Shown here: in pieces, positions 1 through 11,800 of the stretch | How positions within the stretch are numbered: position 1 is the stretch's first letter | How the letters are laid out: each line of letters begins with the position of its first letter | NCBI RefSeq assembly: GCF_021028975.2 | Contig: NC_059425.1 | Location: 38,626,001 to 38,690,000, forward strand | Source of the DNA: Sphaerodactylus townsendi | Taxonomy: Eukaryota | Length of the DNA: 64,000 nucleotides | Direction of reading: 5' to 3' | Program-made: the position numbers and the translations under genes | Notes under the pieces: generated by a model | What the model was told of the DNA's origin: nothing | The model's database searches: none | What the model saw: only the letters and a program-made list of their open reading frames with translations

Positions 1-489
1 TTTCTTTGCTGCTTGTTTTTTAACTGACAGACACAAATTCAGGAGGCTGCTCTCCATGTCCTTCCTAACAGAGAATTGTAATTATGCTCATTATTTATCT
101 CTGTATTTGTTTGGGAATGTGGCCAAAATGAAGAATGGCAATCCACTCAGTTTCCATTCTGGCTGTTTGTGTATGATAGTAATGAGCATGACTTCATTAA
201 ATAACTTTGTTAGCATGCACACAGTCCACCATAGATTATCCAGTTCATTTTTTCCCTTATTGTCATTCTTTGGCTCATTTCAGACATCACACAAAGCCAT
301 GGTTTAAATAAACTGCTGTCAACATGATTATCCAAATTTGGGTCATTCCATTAACTATGATCAGTTATAATTTCTCAAACCATGCTATGATTTGAAATCA
401 TGGTCTAAAGTTGGTTTATTTGTCATAGTTGAGTTTTAGCTATGGCTTCAGGTAATAGACATCCTGCCTTGTATTATCAAAGATTTTCA

Positions 490-960
490 CAGCTGGAATG
501 AACTGATTGTTGTGGGTTTTCCTGGCTGTGTAGCTGTGGTCTGGTAGTTTTTGTTCCTAACATTTCATCTGCATCTGTGGCTGGTATCTTTGGAGCTATG
601 TCACAGTAAGATGTATTTCTGCACGTGGCACAATGTGAAGTGATTATGGGGTGGGGTAAATGTTTTGTTTGTCTTACAGGTGGAAGGGGGGGTATGAGGT
701 GTATTTCTACATGTCTGTGTGGAGATCAGTTGAATTTGCAATTACATCTACAGTTGCATTAGCATGTGTCTGGGTGGAGTTCATTTGCAGTTGCTTTTGA
801 ATGTCTCTGGATTTTGGCTTTGGTATTTTTTAGTACAGGTAGTCAGGTTTTGTTGATTTTCAGACTCTCTTCCTTTTTCTTGAAACTGTCCCAGTTTTTG
901 TGGATTTCAGTGGCTTCCCAGAAGCAATTGAGCCTGGAGAGATGGAAATGCACCTTATAC
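490..960 (-). mobile_element. Penelope-like retroelement fragment (pLTR plus GIY-YIG endonuclease C-terminus)
   Basis: The minus-strand ORF 843-1040 reads ..WEATEIHKNWDSFKKKEESLKINKT, resembling the EAIEI..FN GIY-YIG end of Penelope elements. 500-620 is an inverted copy of the pLTR sequence found at 1030-1056 and 1414-1457. Confidence 0.7.
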
Positions 961-1056
961 CCCCCTCCCGTCTGTGAGTTAGACAAAACATATACCCCAC
1001 CACACAAACACTCCATACTGTGCCATAGAGAGAGAGACATCTTACAGTGTCATGCC

Positions 1057-1413
1057 TGATAGCAGAATTCGAGCAGTGCTACTCAGAGTAGAACTAGTGG
1101 TCTTGTACAGCACACTGCTACCTTCATGAAGTAAACTCCACACAGCTTTGTCATTCATAAGAAGGCATTTATCATTCAGTTGCTCTATGTACAAGTAGCT
1201 ATATACAACGTAGAATATTCAGCAGACAATCAAAGTGCTTCGCCAAACACCCGTTTCCCAAAGGAACACTGATCCAGTATAATACAAGTGCTTTTATACA
1301 TTGCTCAACCAATCATGGTAAAGGTCACTTGGAACAGGTTAGAACCGGTTTGTCAGCCCAGTCTCATGCTGACTCATGCTGGATAGGATATGGACACTTT
1401 AACTATCATGACA
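1057..1413. mobile_element. Solo LTR (TG...CA) inserted into a Penelope pLTR
   Basis: Begins TG and ends CA, flanked by an exact 5-bp duplication ATGCC (1052-1056 and 1414-1418). Removing it restores the pLTR seen in reverse at 555-620. A TATA-like TATAAAA lies on the - strand near 1295. Confidence 0.65.
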
Positions 1414-1416
1414 ATG

Positions 1417-1457
1417 CCTCTGAGGATGCCAGCCACAGACGTGAGTGAAACGTTAGG
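1417..1457 (+). ncRNA. Degenerate minimal type I hammerhead ribozyme of a Penelope pLTR
   Basis: Sequence is CCU-CUGAGGA-U-GCCAGC-loop-GUGAGU-GAAAC-GUU-AGG. It has the CUGANGA and GAAA boxes, a CCU/AGG stem I and a palindromic AACGUU stem III; stem II is partly mismatched. Confidence 0.55.
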
Positions 1458-1944
1458 GTGAATTATATATAATATTTGCTGCAATTATGTATATAAATAT
1501 AAAATATTTGTACACATGAAAATCTCATATAGACTAGAATAGTTTATTATATATTACCACATGCCTTCACAATACAAGTACTAAGAAATAAAAGTACTAA
1601 GATTTTTTTCTTTTGAGTAAGTTTTTTACTGAGATTTCAGAATATTTAGCTGTAACATCCTGGGTTCCTCTTTACTAAGCTGGGTAAACCTCATATATTT
1701 AATTATTATTTTTCCTGTTTACATTGTTGGTCAAACCAAACATTATTAGAGTGAGGTAAAGATGTTAGGAGTTTGTTATTAATAAACAAAGTTTTGAGTA
1801 AGTTGACCATCTTATCACAGTGCTCTAGGATGTCAGTGTTAGATATCAGAAAGGCAATATGACATGATCTCAAGGCCTCAGAAATCAGAACTTGAGCTAC
1901 TTTGCAGAATTAAGTGCTTCATAGTTCTGTAGAATTGCAGAACT

Positions 1945-2560
1945 TCGGTGCAGAAGCTTGCCTTGTTAAATATTCAGGGTTACTGGACTTTCAATGTATC
2001 AGTAATTAAGATACACTCCAAGGGCCAGGGTAGCAGTGGTCTGGCTGTGTTTATTACAGTTGACTTGAAAGCTGAAGTCCAGATACTAGAAAGTAGCTTT
2101 CCAAATTATAGACAAGTATTATTAATTAAGGGTCCGTATATTGGTATTCTTCTGTGTATAAATGTTTTATATTCCCTCTTTGGGATCAGCTGTTTCACAT
2201 GTTAGAAATGTTAACTTTTCAATATCCTAATTCTCGAATAGCTTTAGGTGATAACGTCAATGCCAGGATTGATCCAGGTTGCCTAGCTTCACAGATGGGC
2301 ACCAATGCTCAAATTGCAAAGCTTGCTTGTCTTTTAGAACGATCTTCACAAGATCTATTGACAGGCTTAAAATTTCTTGAAATGTTGTCTGTTTAATCTT
2401 TATGTTTTGCATGGCACTAGATTTGATAAATCTGGGACACTTTTACCTTTCTATCCTCTGGTTGTGCTGGTACTATTGACTACATAGCAGTTTCTCCCAC
2501 TTTATTGACAAATGTGGGATACTTTGAAGTTGGTGAAACATCACATAAATTAGATAGAAA
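1945..2560 (+). mobile_element. Degenerate LINE apurinic-endonuclease (APE) domain fragment
   Basis: Frameshifted translation gives IALGDNVNARI (GDFNA motif) and FTFLSSGCAGTIDYIAVSP (FTF...S.IDY motif). Confidence 0.6.
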
Positions 2561-3394
2561 ACATATGGGAGTTTTGGTTTTGGTGTTAATAAGGAAAGTT
2601 GCACTGCGTTGAAGCTCCAATAAGGCTTGATAAATTTTATCTTTTTATTGTATTTACCAAATAAAAAATTGCTAACCTACGTAATTCATTTAACCACAGA
2701 CTGAGAACAGCTGTAGAAAGTGTCCTTGTATGGCTGGATACAATATGGATTGTGGTGAACGGCGAAGAGAGTCAGAGGAAAATTCCCTGCCTAACGCCAA
2801 ACAACCCAAGATAATAGACTTTTTCCAAAACAGTAAACCGCTTTGAAGTGCTTGCTGAAAATGACTTGGAATCAGAATTGGATAGAAAATATAGGTTTTG
2901 TTTTTCTTTGATTATGAAATAACTAGCCCCCAAGAAGATTCAGTGTTATCTTTCTAAAGAAATAAGTAGGCAGTTGCATTCTGATGTTAAATTTAACCAC
3001 TATTAAGGGAAAATGTGTACAAACTCAGTGTGTTGTCAGACTTTTTACCTGAATTGGTCTGGGGTGTGTTCCCTTTTGGAGAAATTAGCAAGGACAAACC
3101 CGGCTATGTGAAATGCTGGGGCAGCAAGAACTTCCACCAGAGTTTACGGGAGCTTTTCTTCTTAGAAAACTGCAGGAGACCAGGATTTAGAAGTTCTAAC
3201 AATTTTGTTGAAAAAATAAAAATAATAAAAAATACCCACGTAGGTTTGGCAAAACAGATGCACAAAGAATTTGAAGAAGCCTGAGATTTATATTGAGGTG
3301 AAGGATATATGGGAATGCTAAAAGTTGTTGCAGTAAGGATAATATTTACTTTGTCTAGAAAATGAAGGTTCGAGGGGCTGGAGTGCAACGCCTA

Positions 3395-3903
3395 CCGTAT
3401 AAACTCGTGTATAAGCCGACTCGTGTATAAGCCAAGGCGCCTAATTTTACTACCAAAACCTGGGAAAAAGTATTGACTCACATATAAGCCGAAGGTGGGA
3501 AGCAGAGGGAGCTCCTTATTTGGGCAGTGACTCCCCCTGATGTCATTGCCCAAATAAGGAGCTCCCCCCACCTCCCCGCTGGGTTTGAGGAAGCCCAGGC
3601 AACCAGGAGGTGAAGGGAGCTCCTTATTTGGGCAATGACATCAAGGGGAGTCACTGCCCAAATAAGGATCTCCCTCTGCCTCCTGGGGTATGAGGAAGCC
3701 CAGCCAGCCAGGGTTCCCCTTCACCCTCCGAGGAGGGCAGCAACAAGCGGCTTGTGCAGCTGCAGGGAGGTCGTCCCAGCCACGCCCCCAGCCTTGGCAG
3801 AGGCCTGAAGAGCCGGGTGGTAAGCAGTGACTCGTGTATAAGCCGAGGGGGCATTTTTCAACCTTAAAACAGGGCTGAAAAACTCGGCTTATACGCAAGT
3901 ATT
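3395..3903. mobile_element. Tc/mariner (Tc2-like TIR) non-autonomous element with CArG palindromes, copy 1
   Basis: Left TIR is TA|CCGTATAAACTCGTGTATAAGCCGA; right TIR TCGGCTTATACGCAAGTAT is clipped. Same family as 26794-27566. Confidence 0.8.
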
Positions 3904-5523
3904 TTGGATGGAGAGAAGAAGAGGGGATGTCTGGCACACAGCAACTGAACCAAAGGCAGTTCAGAAAACACTGGCAAGGGGCTGCTGTTGGCCAGGCTCA
4001 GTATGAGAAGAACAGACCTTCTGGTTATGTTAAAGAAAGCCAATCTTCCTACACAAATATGAGTTTCTGTTCTCAAGAGAGAATACAGTAGACATTGGCT
4101 TGATGACTCAAAGCCAGTGAACGTCCAGTTTTTGATTAAATAGATTTGATGGAATTATAATTTGGGGTATTTCAATTCAGAGTAAGGTTGGATGGTCCTG
4201 CAGTAAGGCAGGAAGGGCTGGAAGAAAGAAACTCAGGAAAGCTGATTGCCTTAGACTGGCTTGTGTTAGCAAATTTTTATGGGCTAGTGTACAGGTGTGC
4301 CTTTCCAGGGCTGTGGCCATTGTTATCCAAATATCCATGACTGAAGTTACAGGAAAGGTGTAGCTGTCCAGGCAGAGCCCTTCTATTTGAACCAAAGTCC
4401 AGACTTAGGATATGGCAGCCATCTTAGCCTGCACTGTCTATGGCACCTTCAGAGGGGATCAGTAGGGCACTGTCTTGAGAACCAGGCCTCCTTGTCCCAC
4501 CACAGGTCTGTCTGGTAACAGGCTCATATTCATGGCCGAAACTACCCTTTGCATCTTTTTCCAAACTCACATGGAGAAATGCAGTTTAAAAACAAATTCT
4601 AGTTACCTGTGATGTATGAATTTAGGTTTGCAGGTTAATCAGCATTAATTTTTGTCTCTAATAAGGATTCTAGGCATGGATTTAAACTCTAGAATCCCAG
4701 TTTGAAATGGGAGACTAACATGAATTTACCTTATGAGTATCCAAAATTAGTTTTAACCGCAGTTCTTTGTGCAGGAAGGAAGAAGCAGCAAGATGCCTAC
4801 CTGGCAACAAGCTGGATTTGTGCACATTTTTCCTTAGCTGTAGTTAAATGTGAATGGATCCTATATTAACAGCGTTGGTTGGTGAACATGTACTGTAGTG
4901 CAAAGGGAAAAATATTGATGTCAATACTCAAGAAGGATTAGCGCAGATAAGCTTCAGTCTAGGCTCATTTAATGAGGTACAGGATTTCACATAACACATA
5001 TACAAACCTTAGAAACAGAGATACTGGAATGTGGTATGGGCTGTATTCCACTGCTTGCATGCACTATGCAAAAACCAGCAACTTGCATGTTGCCTTATAG
5101 TCAATGTAACACATTTCAAATGTGCTAAGGTGAGACCAAGGGTTTGATCAGAGAGTGTTTGTGGACTCTCCTCTTCCACAGCAGCCTCCCTGTGACCCTC
5201 AAAAAGCCAACACTAGGGATCAAGAACCCAGTGGACAAAATGTGGCCCACTGCAGTGAGTGTGAATTAGGTGAACTAGCCCTTCCACTCTTGTATGAATG
5301 CTTTGGTAAGCTTTTGGTGCCTCATGGTATTTTCTCCACGAATCTCCTTTGACCTCCAACTTTAGGTTGGTGAGAGGTCACAAGGAGCTTCTGTGAGAAA
5401 GGGAAAGACTGTACTAGCACTTTGCAGGGACTTCATCTCTAAGTTTATCTAAATTATTTAAGATAAATTTTTGCTGCTGTCCTTGGTAATTACTATTACT
5501 ATTTTTATGGTTTCATTAAATAG

Positions 5524-5665
5524 TAAATACAAACTGTTAGAGTCAAGGTTGGAATCCACATTGAAGAAATCGCTTGAAATAAAAGAAGAAAAAATTGCTG
5601 CTTTGGAAGCTCGACTAGAAGAATCAACAAATTTAAACCAACAGCTGCGCCAGGAACTTAAAACA
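5524..5665 (+). CDS. CCDC88A: Girdin/GIV coiled-coil exon (KYKLLESRLESTLKKSLEIK...QELKT)
   Basis: AG at 5522-5523 and GTAAG at 5666; peptide matches the Girdin coiled-coil. Upstream exons lie outside the window. Confidence 0.95.
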
Positions 5666-6084
5666 GTAAGGAAAACAGCCTTATGTTTTGAGACATAAAA
5701 TCCTGAATATGATTTTCAAATGTATGTAAGTGGACTAAAGTGTCTTTAACTAAAACATGTATTCTAAGAATTTCTTCAAGATGTAAAATACAAAAATGTA
5801 TATTTAGTATACCTCTTGGTATTGAAGAAAAAATGTTATACATTTCTGAGCACTGTTGATCTTGTCAAGCAAAACTCCTGAGTTTTTAGAATGAAAATAA
5901 TTATATAATTGATTTATTTTACATTACTTTATGAAGGCTTGTTTTAAAAACAATAATGTATTTCTTTAACAAAAACATTTTGTGTTTTTGGTGTAGCAAA
6001 TCTTGCTTTTTCCCCCTTGTTAATTTTTGTTTTTTTCTTGGTAGCAGTATTTAAAGTGGTATTGCTTTCATGTTTAGTAATACT

Positions 6085-6275
6085 GTGACCTGGATAGTCC
6101 CCGTCAGGTCTTGGAAGCTAAGTGAGGTCAGTCCTGGTAGATCAATAGGAAACCACCAAGGAATTTCAGGGTTGTTATACACAGAAAGGCTATGTATGGC
6201 AAACCACCTCTGAATGTCTCTTGCATTGAAAACCTTATAGAATCAATATAAATTGGCTGCAACCTAAGTACAAAA
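6085..6275 (+). mobile_element. SINE with 5S-rRNA-like head and RTE/BovB-like tail
   Basis: Head GGAAGCTAAG..GGTCAGTCCTGG resembles 5S rRNA. Tail GGCAAACCACCTCTG..GAAAACC resembles the copy at 53965-54200. Confidence 0.5.
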
Positions 6276-6317
6276 AAAAGCATTTTGAACAGCTGACAAT
6301 AGTGGTTGGAACACATA

Positions 6318-7090
6318 CCTCATCATTGGTCTTCTGTGCATCTTCACATTGGGACTTCTCAGATACAGGCTAGCCTTTGGTGACATTCTAGAGCTTCAAC
6401 ACTAGAGGGCGCTAGCATTGCTGTTGGCTTTGTGCACGCTCCCTCTCAAACCAACACCTGACCAACAGCCACAGTTTGCTCCTCGCAGTTCCTTTTTTGC
6501 TGCATTGGAGAAGGTTCTTCAGAGCTTTGCTCTGTGTGTTTTGGCCTGTTGAGTTTCTCCACTCCATTTAGCGGTGGTTGTGAGCTGATAGGCATGGCTC
6601 AGCAAGGGCTTTTTTAAAAAGGCGAGGAGTGTGGCATGAACATGATGCACATGGATACTCATGCCTTGTGTTTATTGTGTCTGGGAGAAGGACACGTTGT
6701 TGAAGTTTGTATGATCTGCCAACAATTCACAACAATTCAGATTGGGCATCCAAGTTTAAGGCGGGCCATACATGAGAAGTCGCTGTTGGGTTGGCCTGTG
6801 GAGTAATAGGTGGTTCCATTGGAGAAATCGTCTTCAGAGAAGTCTGCCCGGTCAGCTCAGATTTCCATTCAGATCTGGACGGGTGAAACTGAGAGGAGAG
6901 TGTGTTGGCCATTGGTCAGGTGGCCATTTGAGAGGGAACATGCATGAAGCCAACCACAGCATTAGCACCTTCTGTTGTTGAAGCTATAGAACATCACTGA
7001 AGGCTGGCTTGCATATGAAAAATCCCAATATATGCCTACACAGAAGACCTGGTTAAACATCAATTACAGGTAACTGCAACCCTATCTTTC
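6318..7090 (+). mobile_element. Internally deleted DIRS-type (tyrosine-recombinase) retrotransposon
   Basis: Inverted terminal repeats at ~6328-6355 (GGTCTTCTGTG..ATTGGGA) and ~7023-7049 (TCCCAAT..CACAGAAGACC). Cys/His-rich ORF1-like remnant DTHALCLLCLGEGHVVEVCMICQQF at ~6655-6730. Confidence 0.7.
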
Positions 7091-7158
7091 ACTGATTCTT
7101 GTGGTATTTTATTGTTTTAGGCACATAAAATATGGATGGGGGGAGGGGGGCAGAATAA

Positions 7159-7278
7159 TAGACTTTAAGTGGGCAAACTATTTTTGCATGTAGTACCAAC
7201 ATTTCAGTAGACTTTAAGTGGGCAAACTATTTTTGCATGTAGTACCAACATTTTTGCATGTAGCAACAACATTTCAGT
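7159..7278. repeat. Tandem duplication (~49-bp unit, about 2.5 copies)
   Basis: TAGACTTTAAGTGGGCAAACTATTTTTGCATGTAGTACCAACATTT is repeated directly. Confidence 0.9.
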
Positions 7279-8076
7279 AAACAGCCTACTTTTACATGGT
7301 AGCCAGCAATAAAATACAGTCATTATGGGAGGAGCCATTTTTTAATTTCATACCAATAGGGGCCAGAATAGATGGGATGGCAGCAAATCAATTTATTAGA
7401 GCCTACTTTATCTTCCCACTGAATCCTTTCAAAATGTACGTGGTGATTTAATGTTCATTAGGGATAGGAAGGAATGAGATGCCATATCCTTCTATTACGC
7501 ACATTTTTGTTTATGGAACCACCTCCCCGCATCTAATTTCTTCCTGTTCAGACTGGAAATAACTCTCATCTGGACAAAACCAAATGGGATGAGATGGTTT
7601 TAAAAGTGTGCATGAAAATCAAGGAAGGGTTCAGCACCTACCTTCAGATTTCAGCATGACCTCAAGTGAGATCATTCTTTTAATTAATATGTGTTTTGAT
7701 TGTGGTATAGTACTAATGGTTTAACTGAAATTCTTTTGTCAGGTCCTACATTGGCACACCAGGCCAAAACATTTGCTGCAGCTTGTCTGCTTACAATGTT
7801 GGCATGATTTCACTGTAGCAATAGCTTAATGATGTTTTTGTGTTATTACTCTGCCTTGGTCTTGGTATTGTCCCACTCTCAGCCCTTCTGTAGTGATGCA
7901 CCCTGTCTTGGGATCAGACAATGTCACACACATCCCATTTTGAATCTTATCGTATGCAATGTGCAGATGTGGGAACTGTCAACAGAATAAAGAGAAAAAA
8001 TGTATTCTGTTCTGTCAGCCTGTATATTTTAGGATATTATTTTACATACCTAAAATTCAATTAATTGATTTTTTAG

Positions 8077-8253
8077 GTTAAAAAGAACTATGAAGCACTC
8101 AAACAGAGACAAGAGGAGGAGAAAATGGTACAGAACTGTTCCCCAAGAACTGGAGAAGAATCTCAGTCGGTTAATAAGTGGGAGAGAGAAAGTCAGGAAA
8201 CTACTAGAGAACTTTTGAAGATTAAAGATAGATTAATTGAAATTGAGAGAAAT
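8077..8253 (+). CDS. CCDC88A: Girdin exon (VKKNYEALKQRQ...LIEIERN)
   Basis: TTTAG|GTT and AAT|GTAAGT; phase 0/0; in frame with neighbouring exons. Confidence 0.96.
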
Positions 8254-9134
8254 GTAAGTAGTGACTATAATTATTCTTGGTTGTTTTTGATTCAGATTTG
8301 TCCAACTGTCCGTATACATCTGCTATGTGTGAACATCACTTTTGCAAATTTGGACAGGAAGGCACTTTGCTGATGCTACCTTGACCCCATTGAGACTGCA
8401 TTGTTCATCTGGCTGTTCGTGAGTTTTTTCTGTGGCCACCCCAATATTGCGGAATAGCCTCCTAGAGGAAGTCAGAAGATCTACTTTTGTTTTGCAGTTT
8501 TGGATGGCTTGTAAAACAGAACTGTTTAGAAGAATTCTAGATTCTTCAAGATGATTGCTTTGGGGTGCCTACTTTAATTCTGTTGTTAGAATGATTTTAT
8601 GTAGTGCTGATGTTGTTACCTGCCTTCTGTTCTGGTTATCTGAGAGAAAGGTGGGACTATAAATGTTTTAACCTAATATGCTAGCTGAATCAGATATGGG
8701 AAAATAATGCCCTAGTAACAGATGGTTTTATAGAATATTATATTTCTGAAAATAACATTGTCTTTTAAATAAATCTCAATTACTTCAAAGCTGTTTATTC
8801 TCAGGAAAGTGTATGATTACTATTTTTGTAAGATAAGCTGCTAGTAGCTGTTAGTACTCAGAGGTAAGGCATGCTTTCTTCTTCAACATTTGTATACCTG
8901 TTACACAGTGGAGTACATGTACAGCTCTTAAAAATGTTGTTCTCCAGTGATGAATGACAAAATATTTAAAGCAGAATGATTTTTTATATCAGGTATGCTG
9001 GGAAGCTGGTGCTAATTTTGCATTCTGAGCAATACGTGACTAATTTTTATATGTGCTTATGGAAACTCTAGCTCATTTGGTGCCAGTTCATAAATTACTA
9101 TTTCCAGACACAGAATTTCATCATGCGTATTTAA

Positions 9135-9340
9135 TATGAGAGCCAGTGTAGTATAGTGGTTAAGATTGTTGGGCTAAGATTTGAGAGACCCAGGTTAGAA
9201 TCTCCTCTGCCATGGAAGCTTGCTGGGTGACGCTGGGCTAGTCACAAATTCTCATCATAGCTTACCTCACAGTGTATGGAGGAGAGAATTATGTAAGCCG
9301 TTTTGGGACTCCTTAGGGGAGAAAGGACGGATATCAATAG
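9135..9340 (+). mobile_element. tRNA-derived squamate SINE
   Basis: A/B-box-like head GAGAGCCAGTGTAGTATAGTGGTTAAG..CCAGGTTAGAATC; body shared with the other SINE copies. Confidence 0.7.
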
Positions 9341-9730
9341 GATTTGCTCGACTGTCAACTTGTGCATAGCAAATATCCTGCTTTTACTTAGTTTGTACTG
9401 CTGAGATTTATATACAGAAAACATACTATTTTAAAATTTTGGAACCTCATTCTTCGAACACAGTGCAGTATTCCATAAAAGGACACATGTCTAAAAACTA
9501 ATGGAGACAACTTGTATGAGTCTCAGGATTTGTAGTGATTCTTTCTCTAGTGCCTTACTCACATTTTTGGACAATCCAGATACTATCAAGACCAGTTACA
9601 TTTAGGCTTTCTTACAATGTATGATTTCTTTTTCTGCAAGACTTGCATTATTTGTAGACTGTTTCTTTATGAAGTCCAGGCCTGAATATAATATATTTAA
9701 TTTTTTTCATTGTTCATTTGTTTTTGAAAG

Positions 9731-9892
9731 AATGCAACACTGCAGGCAGAGAAGCAAGCTCTGAAAACACAACTAAAGCAACTTGAGACACAGAACAATA
9801 ATCTGCAGGCTCAGATTTTGGCTCTTCAGAGACAAACAGTTTCCTTACAAGAACAAAATACAACTTTACAAACTCAGAATGCCAAGCTTCAG
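9731..9892 (+). CDS. CCDC88A: Girdin exon ([12 protein letters not shown]...NAKLQ)
   Basis: GAAAG|AAT and CAG|GTTTGT; 162 nt. Confidence 0.96.
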
Positions 9893-10675
9893 GTTTGTTT
9901 TCACAAACATATTTTATTAATAACATTTGTCTTACAAGTAGAAACTTGGCTGTTGGCCACATTAATTTTGATGTATTTTGTTTGTGGGGTAAGCATAATG
10001 CTGCTCATGGGCCACTTGGTTGTCCCTTGCTCCCTTTTGGTTCTCTCTGTGTGTTTGCTGTCCCATAAAAATCACCTGTCCTTCAGTCTTTGTTGCTGTC
10101 TCTTGTATAGGTTTGATTTAAGGAGTGGCGAATGGGGGCTTTCATCTCACCAAGTTCAACAGTCCTGGGTTACCTCTTCAGGCCAGCTCCAAGTTCCCAC
10201 CTTATATACACCTTGGTTTAGGGATTAAAGCTATCATGTTTCCTACTGTACTGTACTACTTTTAAGGACCTTACATATTTTTCATAATTGCTCCTCTCAC
10301 ATTTTTACCACTGTTAGTTTTAGAGAGGTAAAGGAGAACATTTAGGAAGCAGAATGTAGACTTCCGTAGGGGAGAAATATTTTATGTATGTCCCCCATTT
10401 TTTATTTTTTGGTTGGGAAAGGATTGCAACGTGTAGTTACATTACCTACTCTGTACATCTAAGGCCCTTGTTTGATCTTCAGAATTTCCATTAAAAATCT
10501 CATTACAGCAGAAGTCTGAGCAAAGAGACCATGCCCTGTGTGACAGTGGGAAGCTGATCTGTAAGCTGTTAATTGTATTAGCCTAGATGAACTGTTTCTC
10601 TCATCCTGTAGATATTTATTTTGATCTAGTTTGTTTTAAAAACTTTTCTCATGGTCCAATGCCATTGTCTTGTAG

Positions 10676-10953
10676 GTAGAAAATTCAGCTATTAATTCAC
10701 AAAGTACATCTCTTATGAATCAAAATGCACAGCTGCTGATCCAACAGTCTGCCTTAGAAAATGAAAATGAATCTATAATCAAAGAACGGGAGGAACTGAA
10801 ATCACTGTATGATTCACTAGTCAGAGATCATGAAAAACTGGAACAGCTTCATGAACGGCAGGCTGCAGAATATGAATTATTAATTTCCAAGCATGGAAAC
10901 CTTAAGTCAATGCACAAAAATCTTGAAATGGAACATAAGGACTTAGAAGACAG
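10676..10953 (+). CDS. CCDC88A: Girdin exon (VENSAINSQ...DLEDR)
   Basis: TGTAG|GTA and AG|GTAATT. Confidence 0.96.
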
Positions 10954-11136
10954 GTAATTATGCTTTATCTGTTCCCATTCTGAGGTTCTGTTTATTTCCA
11001 ATAGAATTTTACATTGAGTTGTGAAAATAAAAATCTTTTAACATAAAAATCCTTAAAATACAGAATACAGCATTTAAAAACGTTTTTGTTATTTAATGCC
11101 TGAAAATAGAATTATGTTATGTAATCCACTTTATAG

Positions 11137-11280
11137 ATATAATCAGCTGCTGAAACAAAAAGTGCAATTAGAAGAATTTGAGAAAGTTCTCAAAGCAGAA
11201 CAAGAGAAGATGGTACAGCAGAACAAAATGCATGAAACTGTAGCTGCAGAATACAAAAAGCTTTGTGAGGAAAATGGCAG
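11137..11280 (+). CDS. CCDC88A: Girdin exon (YNQLLKQK...CEENGR)
   Basis: TATAG|A and CAG|GTAATG; phase 2/2. Confidence 0.96.
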
Positions 11281-11489
11281 GTAATGCAGCAGGAATAATT
11301 ATCTGTATTTATATGAATTATTATGTATTCTGACCACATTTTGCATTGTTAAGCGTGAGAGACCTTTTTATGATGCTCCAACATTTGATAGCTTCTGCTC
11401 AAACTGATGGCAAGCTACTAGTACCATAAGTGGTGGTAATTAACAAAGGTTGCTATCATCATGTAGTGGCTACTGGTGCCAATGGGTTA

Positions 11490-11800
11490 TGAAGAAGAAA
11501 AAGATTTATACCCCACCTTTCTCTCCTGTAAGACTCAAGATGGCTTGTAAGACTCAAGATGGCTTACAAGCTCCTTTCCCTTCCTCTCCCCACAACAGAC
11601 ACCTTGTGAGGTAGGTGGGGCTGAGAGAGTTCCAAAGAACAGTGACTAGCTCAAGGTCACCCAGCAGAAATGTAAAAGTGTGGAAACATATCTGGTTCAC
11701 AAAGTAAGCCTCTGCCACTCAGGTGGCAGAGTGGGAAATCAAACCTGGTTCTCCAGTTTAGAATCCACCTGCTCTTAACCACTACACCACGCTGGCTGTC
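11490..11800 (-). mobile_element. Near full-length tRNA-derived SINE with (CTT)n tail (Squam3-like)
   Basis: Minus-strand head GCCAGCGTGGTGTAGTGGTTAAGAGCAGG; tail reads GAAGAAGAA on the + strand. Related copies at 22945, 25160, 53065 and 62905. Confidence 0.75.

Noticed and set aside
11720-11800. tRNA-like sequence (also 5S-like sequence at ~6100)
   Set aside because: These are SINE heads: no complete cloverleaf or 5S structure, and they are attached to SINE bodies.
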